Shown here piece after piece: positions 1 through 19,450 of a DNA stretch of 64,000 nt (the stretch's first letter is position 1; each line of letters opens with the position of its first letter). This stretch comes from Escherichia coli. Its GTDB lineage: Bacteria > Pseudomonadota > Gammaproteobacteria > Enterobacterales > Enterobacteriaceae. Made by a program: the position numbers and the translations under genes. The notes below the pieces were generated by a model. The model was given only the letters and a program-made list of their open reading frames with translations, was not told where the DNA came from and searched no databases. Location: NCBI RefSeq assembly GCF_003018255.1, contig NZ_CP027440.1; one strand, given 5' to 3'.

Positions 1-400
1 TACGCGCGCGATAACGCAGCGCAAAGCGGTCCATACGGTCAATCTGCCCGGCAAACAGACGGTCCTGCGGTTTGCTGAACACCAGTTTGCTATCAAGGAA
101 AACTTCACGCAGGGCTACGCCGGACTCTTCAGTATCCAGGCGAGTACCGATATAGGTCAGCAAGCCATTTTCTTCTTTTACTTCTTCGACTTGCATCTGC
201 CAGCCGTCATGGCTGGTAATAGTATCACCAGGGTTGAACATCACGCGGGTCACGGGGGAATCACTGCGTGCGTACAGACGGTTTTCACCAGTAGATGGGA
301 AAAGTAAAGTGACAGTTCGCGCATCCACCGCGACAACGGTTCCAAGTCCCAATTCGCTTTCTGTATCGCTGATCCAGCGTTGACCAAGTGTAAAAGGCAT
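1..400 (-). CDS. rapA: RNA polymerase-associated ATPase RapA (HepA), N-terminal part; 3' end lies outside the window
   Basis: Reverse-complement translation from ATG at 398-400 reads [30 protein letters not shown]..., matching RapA N-terminus; K-12 synteny upstream of polB. Confidence 0.85.
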
Positions 401-563
401 ATGTGTTCGGCTCTATATCTTTAATTGCAGGCAATAACCACCCGCTACCGTGCTTATGAGGTAGTGGTGTTATTCAGGTCCAGGAATGGAAAGGGCGCTA
501 TGGTACTGGATGGCAAAGCATTCGTCACGCATCAAAATGGTATCTGGCGAACTCTTTTTTTGC

Positions 564-2915
564 TCAAAATAGCCCAAGTTGCCCGGTCATAAGTGTAGCA
601 AAATTATCCTCAATAAAAGGGAGTATTCCCTCCGCCACGGGTTGTAGCTGGCGGGTCAGATAGTGTTCGTAATCCAGCGGTGAACGTTGGTAGTCCAGCG
701 GCTCCGGGCCGTTGGTGGTCCATACGTACTTAATGGAGCCGCGGTTCTGATATTGCAAGGGGCGACCGCGCTTTTGGTTTTCTTCATCGGCAAGGCGAGC
801 GGCGCGTACATGAGGCGGAACATTACGCTGATATTCGCTCAGCGGACGGCGAAGGCGTTTACGGTAAACCAGCCGCGCATCCAGTTCGCCCGCCATCAGC
901 TTGTCGATGGTTTCGCGCACGTATTCCTGATATGGCTCGTTGCGGAAGATACGCAGGTACAGCTCCTGCTGAAACTGCTGGGCCAGCGGCGTCCAGTCGG
1001 TGCGCACGGTTTCCAGCCCTTTAAATACCATCCGCTGTTTGTCGCCCTCCTGAATCAGTCCGGCGTAGCGCTTTTTGCTGCCGGTATCGGCTCCGCGAAT
1101 GGTTGGCATCAGAAAACGGCAGAAATGGGTTTCATACTCCAGTTCCAGTGCGCTGGTTAGCCGTTGTTTTTGCAGCGTTTCTGCCCACCAGGCGTTAACG
1201 TGCTGCACCAGTGCACGACCAATTTTCGCCGCTTCTTCTTCCGAATGTGCGCCTTTCAACCAGACAAACGTTGAGTCGGTATCGCCGTAGATCACGTCGT
1301 AGCCCTGCGCTTCAATCAACGCTTTGGTTTGCCGCATGATCTGATGACCACGCATAGTGATCGACGACGCCAGGCGCGGATCGAAGAAGCGGCAGGCGGT
1401 GGTGCCAAGCACGCCATAAAAGGCATTCATAATGATCTTCAGCGCCTGCGAAAGCGGCTTATTACCCTGACGTTTGGCTTCATCGCGCCCGTGCCAGATG
1501 TTAGTCACAATCTCCGGCAGGCAATGTTTTTCTCGCGAGAACCAGGCATCGAGAAAGCCTTCGGTGCTGTGCTCTGGATCAGGCTGCGCCATGCCTTCCA
1601 CCAGCCCGACGGGATCAATCAGAAAGGTGCGGATGATCGACGGGTACAGGCTTTTGTAGTCCAGCACCAGCACCGAATCATAAAGCCCAGGTCGCGAATC
1701 CATCACGTAGCCGCCAGGGCTGGCGTGCGGCGGCACTTCGCCGAGATTAGGCGCGACATAACCAGCGCGATGCATACGGGGAAAATAGAGATGACCAAAC
1801 GCTGCCACCGAACCGCCGTGTCGATCTACCGGCAGGCCGTTCACCGTCGCCCGTTCGAGCAAAAACGGCATGATTTCAGTTTTGTGGAAGATCTGCGTCA
1901 CCAGCTCGCAATCTTTCAGGTTATAAGTTGCCAGCGCAGGCTTATCTTCGGCGAAACGGCGGTCAATTTCGTCCATTCGATCCCACGGGTTATCGATAGA
2001 TTTTCCTTCGCCTAATAACTCCTGAGCGACGGTTTCCAGCGAGAATGAAGAGAAATTCCAGAACGCGGATTTCAGTGCCTCGATACCGTCGATAATTAGC
2101 CGACCTTTAACCTGAGCAAAAAACACACCGTTTTTAAAGCCGTGCTCGCGCCACTCCAGCTCGCTGTTATCGCGCCCCAGCCGCAGCGGAATACGGTAAC
2201 GCTCGGCATGTTTTTGCAGCATTCGCAGATCGAACTGCACCACGTTCCAGCCGATGATCACATCGGGATCGTGAGTCGCAAACCAGGCGTTGAGTTTTTC
2301 CAGTAGCTGCGGGCGGCTGGCGACGTACTCCAGTTCAAAATCGAGCGCGGAGGCGTCGCCATTCTCTGGCCCCAGCATATAAACGATGCGCTGCCCGCAA
2401 CCTTCCAGGCCGATGCAGTACAGCTCACCGTGGCGGGTGGTTTCAATATCAATAGAAACCCACTTGAGCGGCGGACGGTAGTCGGGATGCGGTTTCAGAC
2501 GGGCATTAACGATAGCGCCATTGCGTATATCACCCTCGACCCATACCGGTGAGGTGATAAACCGCTCCATCAGATAGCGTTCTGGCGGGCGCACATCGGC
2601 CTCGTAGACGGTAACGCCACCTTCACGCAGGCGCTTTTCGTAATTCATCAACTGGCGATGGGCGCGACAGTAAAGGCCATACACCGGCTGGCGATGAAAA
2701 TCCTTTAACGCCAGCGGCGTCAGGCGAAAGCCTTGCTCACCCTGCAAAATATGCTGGGCGCGGGGAACCTGATCGGCGGGAATAAACGCCACGGACTCTT
2801 GCGGCGCAAGCGTAACCTGCAACGGCCCGTTGTCCGTCGCTAACCAAAAGGAAACTTCGGTTCCTTGCGGGGTATCCCGCCAGTGTCGGGTTAAGATAAA
2901 ACCTGCCTGCGCCAC
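564..2915 (-). CDS. polB: DNA polymerase II (B-family)
   Basis: 783-aa ORF starting [14 protein letters not shown] with DTDS and KKRYAG polymerase motifs; K-12 synteny next to araD. Confidence 0.96.
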   Translation of the reverse strand: MAQAGFILTRHWRDTPQGTEVSFWLATDNGPLQVTLAPQESVAFIPADQVPRAQHILQGEQGFRLTPLALKDFHRQPVYGLYCRAHRQLMNYEKRLREGGVTVYEADVRPPERYLMERFITSPVWVEGDIRNGAIVNARLKPHPDYRPPLKWVSIDIETTRHGELYCIGLEGCGQRIVYMLGPENGDASALDFELEYVASRPQLLEKLNAWFATHDPDVIIGWNVVQFDLRMLQKHAERYRIPLRLGRDNSELEWREHGFKNGVFFAQVKGRLIIDGIEALKSAFWNFSSFSLETVAQELLGEGKSIDNPWDRMDEIDRRFAEDKPALATYNLKDCELVTQIFHKTEIMPFLLERATVNGLPVDRHGGSVAAFGHLYFPRMHRAGYVAPNLGEVPPHASPGGYVMDSRPGLYDSVLVLDYKSLYPSIIRTFLIDPVGLVEGMAQPDPEHSTEGFLDAWFSREKHCLPEIVTNIWHGRDEAKRQGNKPLSQALKIIMNAFYGVLGTTACRFFDPRLASSITMRGHQIMRQTKALIEAQGYDVIYGDTDSTFVWLKGAHSEEEAAKIGRALVQHVNAWWAETLQKQRLTSALELEYETHFCRFLMPTIRGADTGSKKRYAGLIQEGDKQRMVFKGLETVRTDWTPLAQQFQQELYLRIFRNEPYQEYVRETIDKLMAGELDARLVYRKRLRRPLSEYQRNVPPHVRAARLADEENQKRGRPLQYQNRGSIKYVWTTNGPEPLDYQRSPLDYEHYLTRQLQPVAEGILPFIEDNFATLMTGQLGLF

Positions 2916-2989
2916 GCTGAAAATCCAATAAAAAACCAGGCTTGATTATAGCCTGGTTTCGTTTGATTGGCTGTGGTTTTATACAGTCA

Positions 2990-3685
2990 TTACTGCCCGT
3001 AATATGCCTTCGCACCATGCTTACGCAGATAGTGTTTATCCAGCAGCGTTTGCTGCATATCCGGTAACTGCGGCGCTAACTGACGGCAGAATATCCCCAT
3101 ATAAGCGACCTCTTCCAGCACGATGGCGTTATGCACCGCATCTTCGGCATTTTTGCCCCATGCAAATGGGCCGTGAGAATGGACCAGGACGCCGGGCATT
3201 TGTGCTGCGTCGATTCCCTGTTTTTCGAAGGTTTCTACGATGACGTTACCGGTTTCCCACTCATATTCACCGTTGATTTCTGCGTCGGTCATTTTGCGGG
3301 TGCAGGGAATGGTGCCGTAGAAATAGTCGGCGTGGGTGGTACCGGTTGCCGGAATTGACTGGCCCGCCTGCGCCCAGATGGTGGCGTGGCGCGAGTGTGT
3401 GTGCACAATGCCGCCAATGGACGGGAATGCCTGATAGAGCAGCCGGTGAGTTGGCGTGTCGGAGGAGGGCTTTTTCGTTCCTTCAACCACTTCACCGGTT
3501 TCGATGCTGACCACGACCATATCGTCAGCGGTCATGACGTTGTAATCGACGCCGGAAGGTTTGATCACCAAGACGCCGCGCTCGCGATCAACGGCGCTGA
3601 CATTGCCCCATGTGAGCGTGATCAGGTTATGTTTTGGCAGCGCCAAATTGGCTTCTAATACCTGGCGTTTGAGATCTTCTAACAT
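2990..3685 (-). CDS. araD: L-ribulose-5-phosphate 4-epimerase
   Basis: 231-aa [22 protein letters not shown]...; last gene of araBAD. Confidence 0.96.
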   Translation of the reverse strand: MLEDLKRQVLEANLALPKHNLITLTWGNVSAVDRERGVLVIKPSGVDYNVMTADDMVVVSIETGEVVEGTKKPSSDTPTHRLLYQAFPSIGGIVHTHSRHATIWAQAGQSIPATGTTHADYFYGTIPCTRKMTDAEINGEYEWETGNVIVETFEKQGIDAAQMPGVLVHSHGPFAWGKNAEDAVHNAIVLEEVAYMGIFCRQLAPQLPDMQQTLLDKHYLRKHGAKAYYGQ

Positions 3686-3699
3686 GTTGACTCCTTCGT

Positions 3700-3870
3700 G
3701 CCGGATGCGCTTTGCTTATCCGGCCTACAAAATCGCAGCGTGTAGGCCTGATAAGACGCGTCAGCGTCGCATCAGGCGGTGAATGCCGGATGCGCTTTGC
3801 TTATCCGGCCTACAAAATCACAGCGTGTAGGCCTGATAAGACGCGTCAGCGTCGCATCAGGCGTTACACA
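3700..3870. repeat. REP/BIME palindromic units, two tandem copies of about 80 bp
   Basis: gccggatgcgctttgcttatccggcctacaaaatc[g/a]cagcgtgtaggcctgataagacgcgtcagcgtcgcatcaggc occurs twice in the araD-araA gap. Confidence 0.85.
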
Positions 3871-3884
3871 CCTGATGCGGCTAC

Positions 3885-5387
3885 TTAGCGACGAAACCCG
3901 TAATACACTTCGTTCCAGCGCAGCGCGTCTTTAAACGCTGGCAGGCGGGTATCGTTATCAATCACCGTGATTTCAATGTCGTGCATCTCGGCGAACTGGC
4001 GCATATCGTTGAGGTTCAGCGCATGGCTGAAAACGGTATGGTGCGCGCCACCAGCAAGGATCCACGCTTCGGAAGCAGTTGGCAGATCCGGTTGCGCTTT
4101 CCACAGCGCATTCGCCACCGGCAGTTTCGGCAGGGAGTGCGGTGTTTTCACCGTGTTGATGCAGTTAACCAGCAGACGGTAACGATCGCCGAGATCAATC
4201 AGGCTGGCGACAATCGCTGGACCGGTTTGGGTATTGAAGATCAGGCGGGCAGGATCGTCTTTACCGCCAATACCGAGGTGCTGAACGTCGAGGATCGGTT
4301 TCTCTTCCACAGCGATCGACGGACAGACTTCCAGCATGTGGGAGCCGAGCACCAGGTCATTGCCTTTCTCGAAGTGATAGGTGTAGTCCTCCATAAAGGA
4401 GGTGCCGCCCTGCAGACCGGTTGACATCACCTTCATGATGCGAAGCAGGGCGGCAGTTTTCCAGTCGCCTTCGCCCGCAAAGCCGTAACCCTGCTGCATC
4501 AGACGCTGTACGGCCAGACCAGGAAGCTGTTTCAGACCGTGCAAATCTTCAAAGGTGGTGGTGAACGCGTGGAAGCCACCTTGTTCCAGGAAACGCTTCA
4601 TCCCCAGCTCAATACGCGCCGCTTCCAGCACGTTCTGGCGTTTTTCGCCGTGGATTTGTGTGGCAGGCGTCATGGTGTAGCAGCTTTCGTACTCATCGAC
4701 CAGCGCGTTAACATCGCCATCGCTGATGGAGTTCACTACCTGCACCAGATCGCCAACCGCCCAGGTATTGACGGAGAAACCGAACTTGATCTGTGCGGCA
4801 ACTTTATCACCATCGGTGACCGCCACTTCACGCATGTTATCGCCAAAACGGCAGACTTTCAGATGACGGGTATCCTGTTTAGAGACCGCCTGACGCATCC
4901 AGGAGCCGATACGCTCATGGGCTTGTTTATCCTGCCAGTGACCGGTAACGACGGCATGTTGCTGACGCATACGCGCGCCAATGAAGCCGAACTCGCGACC
5001 GCCATGTGCAGTCTGGTTCAGGTTCATAAAGTCCATATCGATGCTATCCCACGGCAGCGCCGCGTTAAACTGGGTGTGGAATTGCAGCAACGGTTTGTTG
5101 AGCATAGTCAGGCCGTTGATCCACATTTTGGCCGGGGAGAAAGTGTGCAGCCACACTACCAGGCCAGCGCAACGATCGTCGTAATTCGCGTCACGGCAAA
5201 TAGCGGTGATTTCATCCGGCGTGGTGCCCAGCGGTTTCAGCACCAGTTTGCAGGGCAGTTTCGCTTCCGTATTCAGCGCATTAACGACGTGCTCGGCATG
5301 TTGGGTGACCTGACGCAGGGTTTCCGGGCCATACAGATGCTGGCTGCCAATTACAAACCACACTTCATAATTATCAAAAATCGTCAT
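3885..5387 (-). CDS. araA: L-arabinose isomerase
   Basis: 500-aa [23 protein letters not shown]... Confidence 0.96.
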   Translation of the reverse strand: MTIFDNYEVWFVIGSQHLYGPETLRQVTQHAEHVVNALNTEAKLPCKLVLKPLGTTPDEITAICRDANYDDRCAGLVVWLHTFSPAKMWINGLTMLNKPLLQFHTQFNAALPWDSIDMDFMNLNQTAHGGREFGFIGARMRQQHAVVTGHWQDKQAHERIGSWMRQAVSKQDTRHLKVCRFGDNMREVAVTDGDKVAAQIKFGFSVNTWAVGDLVQVVNSISDGDVNALVDEYESCYTMTPATQIHGEKRQNVLEAARIELGMKRFLEQGGFHAFTTTFEDLHGLKQLPGLAVQRLMQQGYGFAGEGDWKTAALLRIMKVMSTGLQGGTSFMEDYTYHFEKGNDLVLGSHMLEVCPSIAVEEKPILDVQHLGIGGKDDPARLIFNTQTGPAIVASLIDLGDRYRLLVNCINTVKTPHSLPKLPVANALWKAQPDLPTASEAWILAGGAHHTVFSHALNLNDMRQFAEMHDIEITVIDNDTRLPAFKDALRWNEVYYGFRR

Positions 5388-5397
5388 TGTCGTGTCC

Positions 5398-7436
<2,039 letters not shown>

Positions 7437-8315
7437 ATGGCTGAAGCGCAAAATGATCCCCTGCTGCCGGGATACTCGTTTAACGCCCATCTGGTGGCGG
7501 GTTTAACGCCGATTGAGGCCAACGGTTATCTCGATTTTTTTATCGACCGACCACTGGGAATGAAGGGTTATATTCTCAATCTCACCATACGCGGCCAGGG
7601 GGTGGTGAAAAATCAGGGACGAGAATTTGTCTGCCGACCGGGTGATATTTTGCTGTTCCCGCCAGGAGAGATTCATCACTACGGTCGTCATCCGGAGGCT
7701 CGCGAATGGTATCACCAGTGGGTTTACTTTCGTCCGCGCGCCTACTGGCATGAATGGCTTAACTGGCCGTCAATATTTGCCAATACGGGTTTCTTTCGCC
7801 CGGATGAAGCGCACCAGCCGCATTTCAGCGACCTGTTTGGGCAAATCATTAACGCCGGGCAAGGGGAAGGGCGCTATTCGGAGCTGCTGGCGATAAATCT
7901 GCTTGAGCAATTGTTACTGCGGCGCATGGAAGCGATTAACGAGTCGCTCCATCCACCGATGGATAATCGGGTACGCGAGGCTTGTCAGTACATCAGCGAT
8001 CACCTGGCAGACAGCAATTTTGATATCGCCAGCGTCGCACAGCATGTTTGCCTGTCGCCGTCGCGTCTGTCGCATCTGTTCCGCCAGCAGTTAGGAATTA
8101 GCGTCTTAAGCTGGCGCGAGGACCAACGCATTAGTCAGGCGAAGCTGCTTTTGAGCACCACCCGGATGCCTATCGCCACCGTCGGTCGCAATGTTGGTTT
8201 TGACGATCAACTCTATTTCTCGCGAGTATTTAAAAAATGCACCGGGGCCAGCCCGAGTGAATTCCGTGCCGGTTGTGAAGAAAAAGTGAATGATGTAGCC
8301 GCCAAGTTGTCATAA
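7437..8315 (+). CDS. araC: Arabinose operon regulator AraC
   Basis: ORF contains [35 protein letters not shown]...; start placed at the internal Met matching the known AraC N-terminus (ORF track starts 51 nt upstream). Confidence 0.94.
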   Translation: MAEAQNDPLLPGYSFNAHLVAGLTPIEANGYLDFFIDRPLGMKGYILNLTIRGQGVVKNQGREFVCRPGDILLFPPGEIHHYGRHPEAREWYHQWVYFRPRAYWHEWLNWPSIFANTGFFRPDEAHQPHFSDLFGQIINAGQGEGRYSELLAINLLEQLLLRRMEAINESLHPPMDNRVREACQYISDHLADSNFDIASVAQHVCLSPSRLSHLFRQQLGISVLSWREDQRISQAKLLLSTTRMPIATVGRNVGFDDQLYFSRVFKKCTGASPSEFRAGCEEKVNDVAAKLS

Positions 8316-8400
8316 TTGGTAACGAATCAGATAATTGACGGCTTGACGGAGTAGCATAGGGTTTGCAGAATCCCTGCTTCGTCCATTTGACAGGCACATT

Positions 8401-9165
8401 ATGCAAGCATTGCTGGAACACTTTATTACCCAATCCACCGTGTATTCATTGATGGCGGTGGTGTTGGTAGCCTTTCTGGAGTCGCTGGCGCTGGTCGGTT
8501 TGATTCTACCCGGTACGGTGCTAATGGCGGGACTGGGGGCGCTGATTGGCAGTGGCGAGTTAAGTTTCTGGCACGCCTGGCTGGCAGGGATCGTCGGTTG
8601 TCTGCTGGGCGACTGGATCTCCTTCTGGCTGGGCTGGCGTTTTAAAAAGCCGTTGCATCGCTGGTCATTTCTGAAGAAGAACAAAGCATTACTCGATAAA
8701 ACCGAACATGCGCTGCATCAGCACAGCATGTTCACCATTCTGGTCGGTCGCTTTGTTGGCCCGACGCGTCCGCTGGTGCCAATGGTGGCGGGAATGCTGG
8801 ATCTGCCGGTGGCAAAATTCATTACGCCGAATATTATCGGCTGCCTGCTGTGGCCACCGTTTTACTTCCTGCCAGGGATTCTGGCGGGTGCGGCGATCGA
8901 TATTCCAGCCGGAATGCAGAGCGGCGAGTTTAAATGGTTGCTGCTGGCGACGGCGGTATTTTTGTGGGTTGGTGGCTGGCTGTGCTGGCGGTTATGGCGC
9001 AGCGGTAAAGCGACTGACCGTTTGAGTCATTATTTGTCGCGCGGTCGTTTGTTGTGGCTGGCACCGTTAATTTCTGCCGTCGGTGTAGTGGCGCTGGTGG
9101 TGTTAATTCGCCACCCGTTGATGCCGGTGTATATCGATATTTTGCGTAAAGTGGTTGGGGTTTAG
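8401..9165 (+). CDS. yabI: DedA-family inner membrane protein YabI
   Basis: 254-aa hydrophobic ORF MQALLEHFITQSTVYSLMAVVLVAFLESLALVGLILPG...; K-12 synteny. Confidence 0.9.
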   Translation: MQALLEHFITQSTVYSLMAVVLVAFLESLALVGLILPGTVLMAGLGALIGSGELSFWHAWLAGIVGCLLGDWISFWLGWRFKKPLHRWSFLKKNKALLDKTEHALHQHSMFTILVGRFVGPTRPLVPMVAGMLDLPVAKFITPNIIGCLLWPPFYFLPGILAGAAIDIPAGMQSGEFKWLLLATAVFLWVGGWLCWRLWRSGKATDRLSHYLSRGRLLWLAPLISAVGVVALVVLIRHPLMPVYIDILRKVVGV

Positions 9166-9184
9166 GGGATAGCCTTGTGCGGGT

Positions 9185-9272
<88 letters not shown>

Positions 9273-9278
9273 TGCATA

Positions 9279-9977
9279 CTAACCCGTAATCCCCAATATT
9301 GCCGAAGCACTCGCCTTACCGCTCAACAACTCATCGGTCATACCCTGCCAGGCGATGCGCCCGTCGGCGACCACCACCGAGCGCGTGGCGATCCGCGCCG
9401 CATCTTCCACACTGTGCGACACCATCAATAGCGTCATTTTTTGCTGTTGGCAGCTCGTGCTCACCAGCGTCAACATCTCCTGACGTAACGCCGGATCGAG
9501 CGCAGAGAACGGTTCATCGAGCAATAAAATCGGCTGTTCGCGCACCAGACAACGCGCTAACGCCACGCGCTGTCGCTGACCGCCAGAAAGCTCGCCCGGT
9601 AAGCGCGCCATTAAATTATCAATCCCCATCTGACGGGCAATCGCGTGCATTTTCTCCTGTTGTGCCGCGTTCAGCTTCAATCCTGGATTAAGCCCCAGCC
9701 CGATGTTCTGCGCGACCGTCAGGTGACTGAACAGGTTGTTTTCCTGAAACAGCATCGACACCGGACGGCGTGACGGCGGCGTCGTGGTGTGATCAACGCC
9801 GTCGATAGTCAGCGAACCGCTGGCTGGCGTCAGAAAACCGGCGATCAAATTCAGCAGGGTACTTTTACCCGCGCCGCTTGGCCCGAGGATCGCCACCTGC
9901 TCGCTGCGTTCCACCGTTAAGCTAAAACGCATCGGCAAATGGTGGTAAAGCCAGGTGATATCAGTCAGTTTTAACAT
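9279..9977 (-). CDS. thiQ: Thiamine ABC transporter ATP-binding protein
   Basis: ORF with Walker [10 protein letters not shown] and ABC signature LSGGQRQR; start set at [18 protein letters not shown] (ORF track extends 7 codons upstream). Confidence 0.92.
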   Translation of the reverse strand: MLKLTDITWLYHHLPMRFSLTVERSEQVAILGPSGAGKSTLLNLIAGFLTPASGSLTIDGVDHTTTPPSRRPVSMLFQENNLFSHLTVAQNIGLGLNPGLKLNAAQQEKMHAIARQMGIDNLMARLPGELSGGQRQRVALARCLVREQPILLLDEPFSALDPALRQEMLTLVSTSCQQQKMTLLMVSHSVEDAARIATRSVVVADGRIAWQGMTDELLSGKASASAILGITG

Positions 9978-11571
9978 TTCGCCCCGGTAGTTTTTCAATC
10001 ACGGTAAACAGCAGAAAACAGAGTAGCAGCAGAATTAACGCGGTGACCGCGCCGTCCTGGCTGCGATAGGAGCCAATTTGCTGGTAGAGATAAAACGGCA
10101 GGGTGCGGAAATCATCGTTACCGAACAACGCCACCACGCCAAAATCACCAATCGATAGCACACAAGCAAAGGCCAGTGCCTGCGCCAGTGGGCGTTTAAG
10201 GGCGCGCAGCTCCACCACTTTTAAGCGTGACCAGCCTTCAATGCCCAGCGACTGACACAACATACTGTAACGCGCGGTGATATCGCGCATCGGGTTTTCC
10301 AGCACTTTCAGCGCATAAGGGATCGCCATTAACGCATTGGTGAAAATCACAATGCCGTCAGCAGATTGTGGCAGGCCGATAGTGTTGTTGAGCAGTAAAA
10401 AGAAGCCGGTAGCCAGCACAATCCCCGGCATCGCGAGGATCAACATGCCGCTCATCTCCAGCGCCTGACCCGCCAGCATTTTCTGCCGCGCCCGCAGTTC
10501 GCGACTGCTCCATAGCAGCATCATGGTCAGCACTACGCATAATACGCCTGCCGCCAGCGCAATACGCAACGAGGTCCACAGCGCCTGCCACAGCACCGGC
10601 TGCGCCAGCACTTCCGGCAACTGGCGATTTATCCCATCGACGAGCACCGCCAGTAACGGTGGCAGCAACAGCAACAGCGCCAGCACAATTAACACCGTGT
10701 CGCAAATGCGGCTATGCAGACGATCGTCCGGGTCGCGCCAGCCTTGCAGCAGCGTAGTGCCGGGCGCAATGGCCTTACTCAATCGCTGACTCAACAGCAC
10801 CAGCCCAAGGCAACACACCATCTGGATCAGCGCCAGCATCGCCGCGCGGGCAGGATCGTAGTCGTAACTCAGCGCCTGATAAATAGCCAGCTCGATAGTC
10901 GTCGCTTGCGGACCGCCGCCCAGCGACAACACGGTGGCGAAGCTGGCGAAACAGAGCATAAAGATAAGCGCGGCAACCGGCGGGATTTGTCGCCGTAACC
11001 ACGGCCATTCGACGAAGCGGAAAAAATGCCAGCCGCGCATCCCAAGCTGGGCGGCAAGCTGACGTTGTTCCCCGGGAATGTTTTCCAGTGCCTGGAGTAA
11101 TAAGCGGCTCGCCATCGGCAGATTAAAAAATACATGCGCCAGCAAAATGCCTTGCAGGCCGTAGGGCGAAAACGTCCACTCCAGACCAAGCGATTGCCAG
11201 AGCGATGCCAGCCAGCCCTGGCGACCATAGACGCTAAGAATGCCGAAAACAGCAACCAGCACCGGGAGGATCAAGGTCATGGCACACAGACGCAACAGCG
11301 CCAGCCGTCCTGGAAAGCGCCTGCGGTAGAGGGCGCGGGCAAGGAATATCGCGGGCACGACAGAGAGCAGCGCCGAGAGAAACGCCTGCCAGAAGGAGAA
11401 GCGCACCACATGCCACAGGTAGCTGTCCTGCCAGATTGCCACCCAGTCACCCTGCGGCGCGTTCCACCACAGGGCGAGAAACGCAGCCAGTGCAACCGCC
11501 ACCACCAGCGTGGCGGCGCTTATTCCTGGAATTAACCAGCCGGGAATTAACGGCTGACGGCGCGTTGCCAT
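9961..11571 (-). CDS. thiP: Thiamine ABC transporter permease
   Basis: 536-aa polytopic membrane ORF; overlaps thiQ start; K-12 synteny. Confidence 0.93.
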   Translation of the reverse strand: MATRRQPLIPGWLIPGISAATLVVAVALAAFLALWWNAPQGDWVAIWQDSYLWHVVRFSFWQAFLSALLSVVPAIFLARALYRRRFPGRLALLRLCAMTLILPVLVAVFGILSVYGRQGWLASLWQSLGLEWTFSPYGLQGILLAHVFFNLPMASRLLLQALENIPGEQRQLAAQLGMRGWHFFRFVEWPWLRRQIPPVAALIFMLCFASFATVLSLGGGPQATTIELAIYQALSYDYDPARAAMLALIQMVCCLGLVLLSQRLSKAIAPGTTLLQGWRDPDDRLHSRICDTVLIVLALLLLLPPLLAVLVDGINRQLPEVLAQPVLWQALWTSLRIALAAGVLCVVLTMMLLWSSRELRARQKMLAGQALEMSGMLILAMPGIVLATGFFLLLNNTIGLPQSADGIVIFTNALMAIPYALKVLENPMRDITARYSMLCQSLGIEGWSRLKVVELRALKRPLAQALAFACVLSIGDFGVVALFGNDDFRTLPFYLYQQIGSYRSQDGAVTALILLLLCFLLFTVIEKLPGRNVKTD

Positions 11572-12542
11572 TCGCTAATCCATGCCTGACGTTGTGCCGC
11601 CACTTCGGCTGGCGTGAACTCCAGCGTGGTTGCCGGTTTGGTCAATTGTTCAAAACCGGCAGGCAGCGTGACGTTTGCCACCGGATACATCCAGTTGCCG
11701 GTTGGGATCGCATTCTGAAAAGCCGGAGAAACCATAAACTGGAGAAATTTTTGCGCCAGCTCCGGCTGCTTGCTGGCAGCGGTGCGGGCGGCGACTTCCA
11801 CCTGCAGATAGTGACCTTCGCTGAAGTTTGCGGCGGCGTAGTTATCTTTCTTCTCTTCGAGAATGTGATAAGCCGGAGAGGTGGTGTAACTCAGTACCAG
11901 ATCGCTTTCACCTTTTAAAAACAGGCCGTAGGCTTCGCTCCAGCCTTTGGTGACCGTGACCGTTTTCTTCGCCAGTTTCTGCCAGGCTTGTGGGGCGTCA
12001 TCGCCATAGACTTTTTGCATCCACAACAGCAGGCCCAGCCCCGGCGTACTGGTGCGCGGATCCTGATAAATCACCCGCCAGTTTTGATCGCTCTCAACAA
12101 GCTCTTTCAGGCTTTGCGGCGGATTTTTCAGTTTGTTCTTGTCATAGACGAAGGCGAAATAGCCGTAATCAAACGGTACGAAAGTGTCATTTTTCCAGCC
12201 GCCGGGAACGTTAACGGCATCCGCTGCCACGCCGCTTTTGGCAAATAGTCCGGTTTTACTGGCGGCGTCTAACAGGTTGTTATCCAGCCCCAGCACCACA
12301 TCGGCTTTACTGTTTTTGCCTTCCATCCGCAGACGGTTGAGCAGCGAAACGCCATCTTCCAGCGCCACCAGTTTCAGTTCGCAGTTACAGTCGGCTTCAA
12401 AAGCTTTTTTGATCTTTGGACCAGGCCCCCAGTCGGCGGCGAAGGAATCGTAGGTATAAACAGTCAGAACGGGTTTAGCGAAAACGGGCGCTGTGCACAG
12501 CAACAGCAAGGGGAGACATTTTTTTAACACTTTGCACCTCAA
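11547..12542 (-). CDS. thiB: Thiamine/TPP-binding periplasmic protein
   Basis: 331-aa ORF with signal peptide ...KKCLPLLLLCTAPVFAKPVLTVYTYDSF...; start codon choice uncertain. Confidence 0.92.
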   Translation of the reverse strand: MRCKVLKKCLPLLLLCTAPVFAKPVLTVYTYDSFAADWGPGPKIKKAFEADCNCELKLVALEDGVSLLNRLRMEGKNSKADVVLGLDNNLLDAASKTGLFAKSGVAADAVNVPGGWKNDTFVPFDYGYFAFVYDKNKLKNPPQSLKELVESDQNWRVIYQDPRTSTPGLGLLLWMQKVYGDDAPQAWQKLAKKTVTVTKGWSEAYGLFLKGESDLVLSYTTSPAYHILEEKKDNYAAANFSEGHYLQVEVAARTAASKQPELAQKFLQFMVSPAFQNAIPTGNWMYPVANVTLPAGFEQLTKPATTLEFTPAEVAAQRQAWISEWQRAVSR

Positions 12543-12549
12543 AAAAGAG

Positions 12550-12680
12550 TGGCAAAGGACTTGAGAAGGAGCCTCAAATCCCTTCGCCGGCGTTATCCGG
12601 ATCAGGTTCGACGGGTATTTTCTCAGCGCACGCGTCTGCGTGGCACCCCGTTGAGAACGGCGTTAGTGTAGTGATTTTGT
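12550..12680 (-). promoter_or_regulatory. TPP riboswitch (thi-box, sroA) in the thiBPQ leader
   Basis: Minus-strand sequence contains thi-box motifs ctgagaaaatacccg...acctgatccggataacgccggcgaagggat just upstream of thiB. Confidence 0.8.
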
Positions 12681-12693
12681 TATCAACCAGCAA

Positions 12694-14349
12694 TCATGGA
12701 TCCGGCGGCGCAAACCACGCTGATTTAAAATCGAACCAGCCGAGGGTATTCATACGCAGGCCGCGCATACTGCGTTGCCCCTGAATGATCAGCCAGTGGT
12801 GGATAAGCGGCACCATTGCTTTGCTGGCGACCAGTTGCTGGCACCAGTTCGCCAGGTTTATTTCGCCATTGCGCCAGCGGGCGGCGTCGGCTTGCCAGTC
12901 GATCGGAATACAGTGTTGTAGCAGCGGCACCTCGCACAGGTGCGCGAATAGCGAAAAATCCAGCGGCAGCGTAAAGTTGGCGCTGTTAAGCCAGATATCG
13001 CTCTCGATCTCTCCTTCATGCCACTGATCGTAGCTGATCTCTTTGATTTCCAGCGTGACCTGGTGACTTGCCAGAATCTGCTGCATGATCCCGGCAATCA
13101 CCCTATGCTCACTGTGATCCTGATAAAAGGTCAGGGTGAGGCTTTCCAGACCAGCCGGTTTTTCGCTCTTTATGGTGCGGGTATGGTGCCAACGGGGAAG
13201 CAGCCCATAGGCCGGAAACCACAACTGCTGGTACTGTTCCTCGGCGAAATAAACCAGATTGGTCGGCGAAAGCACATAGCTTATCCAGTCTCTGACTTGC
13301 TGATTCGCCCCGCGATGGGTACGGCTGTCGAACAGTAAATAGTAACAACCTTCTTCAAGGCGGCTTTCAATCTCTTTTTCCTCGTCTTGCGGTCCTTTCA
13401 GCATCAGGCCTCCCGCGGGGTCATCAGCAATTTCCGGCAAGACCCAGACGTTAACTTCGTCGATTAATGCCCGATAACCAAAGAAGTCGTCGAATGCCTG
13501 AATTTTCAGTTGATTGCTGCTGTTGCGGATCACCGCATAAGGACCCGTTCCGATGGGATGGCTGGCAAAGTTGCTGAGGGTTTCCCATTCGCGCGGCAGG
13601 ATCATCGCCGGAACTTGCCCCAGCAGTAACGGTAACCAGCGGTCCGGTTGCGTGAGATGGATATCCAGCGTCCAGGGCGTCGGCGACACAATGTCAGCAA
13701 TATGCGAATAGAGCGGCAGCGTATTGATTCGTTTTAAAGAGGCGATCACGTCGTCCATTTCCAGTTCACGACCATGATGAAAATGGACTCCTGGACGCAA
13801 AAAGAAACGCCAGTGAAGCGGTAAAATTTGCTGCCAGTGGTGGGCGATGTCCGCTTCCAGTTCCCCATTTTCCTCATTTATGCGCGTTAGCGAACTGAAG
13901 ATTTGCCGGGCGATATGGGTTTCGGAACGACGCAATGCACTGCCGGGCAGCAGATTACGCAACGGACGATAGTAGAGAACGCGCAGGATGTGCCGCCCCT
14001 GGCGGAAGCTGCGTCCCAGATGAGAAACCAACATTTGCCGCACAGCCGCTTTGTCGCCAACCAGTTGCACCAGTTGATCGATACGATCCTGCTCCAGCAG
14101 GTCCTCTGCTCGCTGTTGCTGAAGCGCCAGCCCGGTATAGAGGAATGTCAGACGCGAGCGTTTGCCGCGCCCGACTTCCGCTTCCCACGTCAGCCAGCCG
14201 CGATCCTGCATGGTGTTGAGCAGGGTGCGCATATGACGACGCGAGCAGCTCAATAACGCTGCCAGTTCGTTGAGCGTCGTGTCCTGCGATTTACCCTCGC
14301 AGCATTGCCACAGGCGGATGAACTGTTGTTGCAGACGAGCAGATGGCAT
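12694..14349 (-). CDS. sgrR: Sugar-phosphate stress transcriptional regulator SgrR
   Basis: ORF contains [33 protein letters not shown]...; start set at MPSARL (ORF track 7 codons longer); divergent from sgrS. Confidence 0.93.
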   Translation of the reverse strand: MPSARLQQQFIRLWQCCEGKSQDTTLNELAALLSCSRRHMRTLLNTMQDRGWLTWEAEVGRGKRSRLTFLYTGLALQQQRAEDLLEQDRIDQLVQLVGDKAAVRQMLVSHLGRSFRQGRHILRVLYYRPLRNLLPGSALRRSETHIARQIFSSLTRINEENGELEADIAHHWQQILPLHWRFFLRPGVHFHHGRELEMDDVIASLKRINTLPLYSHIADIVSPTPWTLDIHLTQPDRWLPLLLGQVPAMILPREWETLSNFASHPIGTGPYAVIRNSSNQLKIQAFDDFFGYRALIDEVNVWVLPEIADDPAGGLMLKGPQDEEKEIESRLEEGCYYLLFDSRTHRGANQQVRDWISYVLSPTNLVYFAEEQYQQLWFPAYGLLPRWHHTRTIKSEKPAGLESLTLTFYQDHSEHRVIAGIMQQILASHQVTLEIKEISYDQWHEGEIESDIWLNSANFTLPLDFSLFAHLCEVPLLQHCIPIDWQADAARWRNGEINLANWCQQLVASKAMVPLIHHWLIIQGQRSMRGLRMNTLGWFDFKSAWFAPPDP

Positions 14350-14416
14350 AAAAGGGGAACTCCTGCGCAAAAGACAGCAATTTTATTTTCCCTATATTAA
14401 GTCAATAATTCCTAAC

Positions 14417-14645
14417 GATGAAGCAAGGAGGTGCCTCATGCGTCAGTTTTATCAGCACTATTTTACCGCGACAGCGAAGTTGTGCTGGTTGCGTTGGTTA
14501 AGCGTCCCACAACGATTAACCATGCTTGAAGAACTGATGCAATGGGAGGGGAGTCATTCTGACTACTGATTTGCGGACATCATGTGTGACTGAGTATTGG
14601 TGTTAATCGCCACGCCAGCAGTGATTATCTGCTGGCTTTTTTCTT
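14417..14645 (+). ncRNA. sgrS: Small RNA SgrS (dual-function; encodes SgrT)
   Basis: Begins gatgaagcaagg...; 3' region has the ptsG-pairing motif gtgtgactgagtattggtgt followed by hairpin ccagcagtgattatctgctgg and a T-run. Confidence 0.85.
14438..14569 (+). CDS. sgrT: SgrT small protein (43 aa)
   Basis: ATG at 14438 gives MRQFYQHYFTATAKLCWLRWLSVPQRLTMLEELMQWEGSHSDY, inside sgrS. Confidence 0.8.
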   Translation: MRQFYQHYFTATAKLCWLRWLSVPQRLTMLEELMQWEGSHSDY

Positions 14646-14676
14646 TTTGGCGATTGAGTGCCGGACGGTGTACAAA

Positions 14677-16693
<2,017 letters not shown>

Positions 16694-16695
16694 GA

Positions 16696-19358
<2,663 letters not shown>

Positions 19359-19402
19359 GGTTTGGGTCCTTGTCTCTTTTTGAGCGCCTCGCTTCGGGCA
19401 TA

Positions 19403-19434
19403 AAAAAACCCGCGCAATGGCGCGGGTTTTTTGT
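19403..19434 (-). terminator. leu operon attenuator terminator
   Basis: GC-rich hairpin aaaaaaacccgcgcaatggcgcgggttttttg between leuL and leuA. Confidence 0.75.
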
Positions 19435-19450
19435 TTGACTGAGTGCTGAC

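Noticed and set aside
1329..2015. 228-aa plus-strand ORF inside polB
   Set aside because: Antisense to polB, with no motif support.
3700..3870. Possible CRISPR array, because of near-identical tandem repeats
   Set aside because: The repeats are about 80 bp palindromic units with the REP consensus (gccggatgcg...cgcatcaggc). There are no unique spacers of regular length and no cas genes. They are REP/BIME elements.
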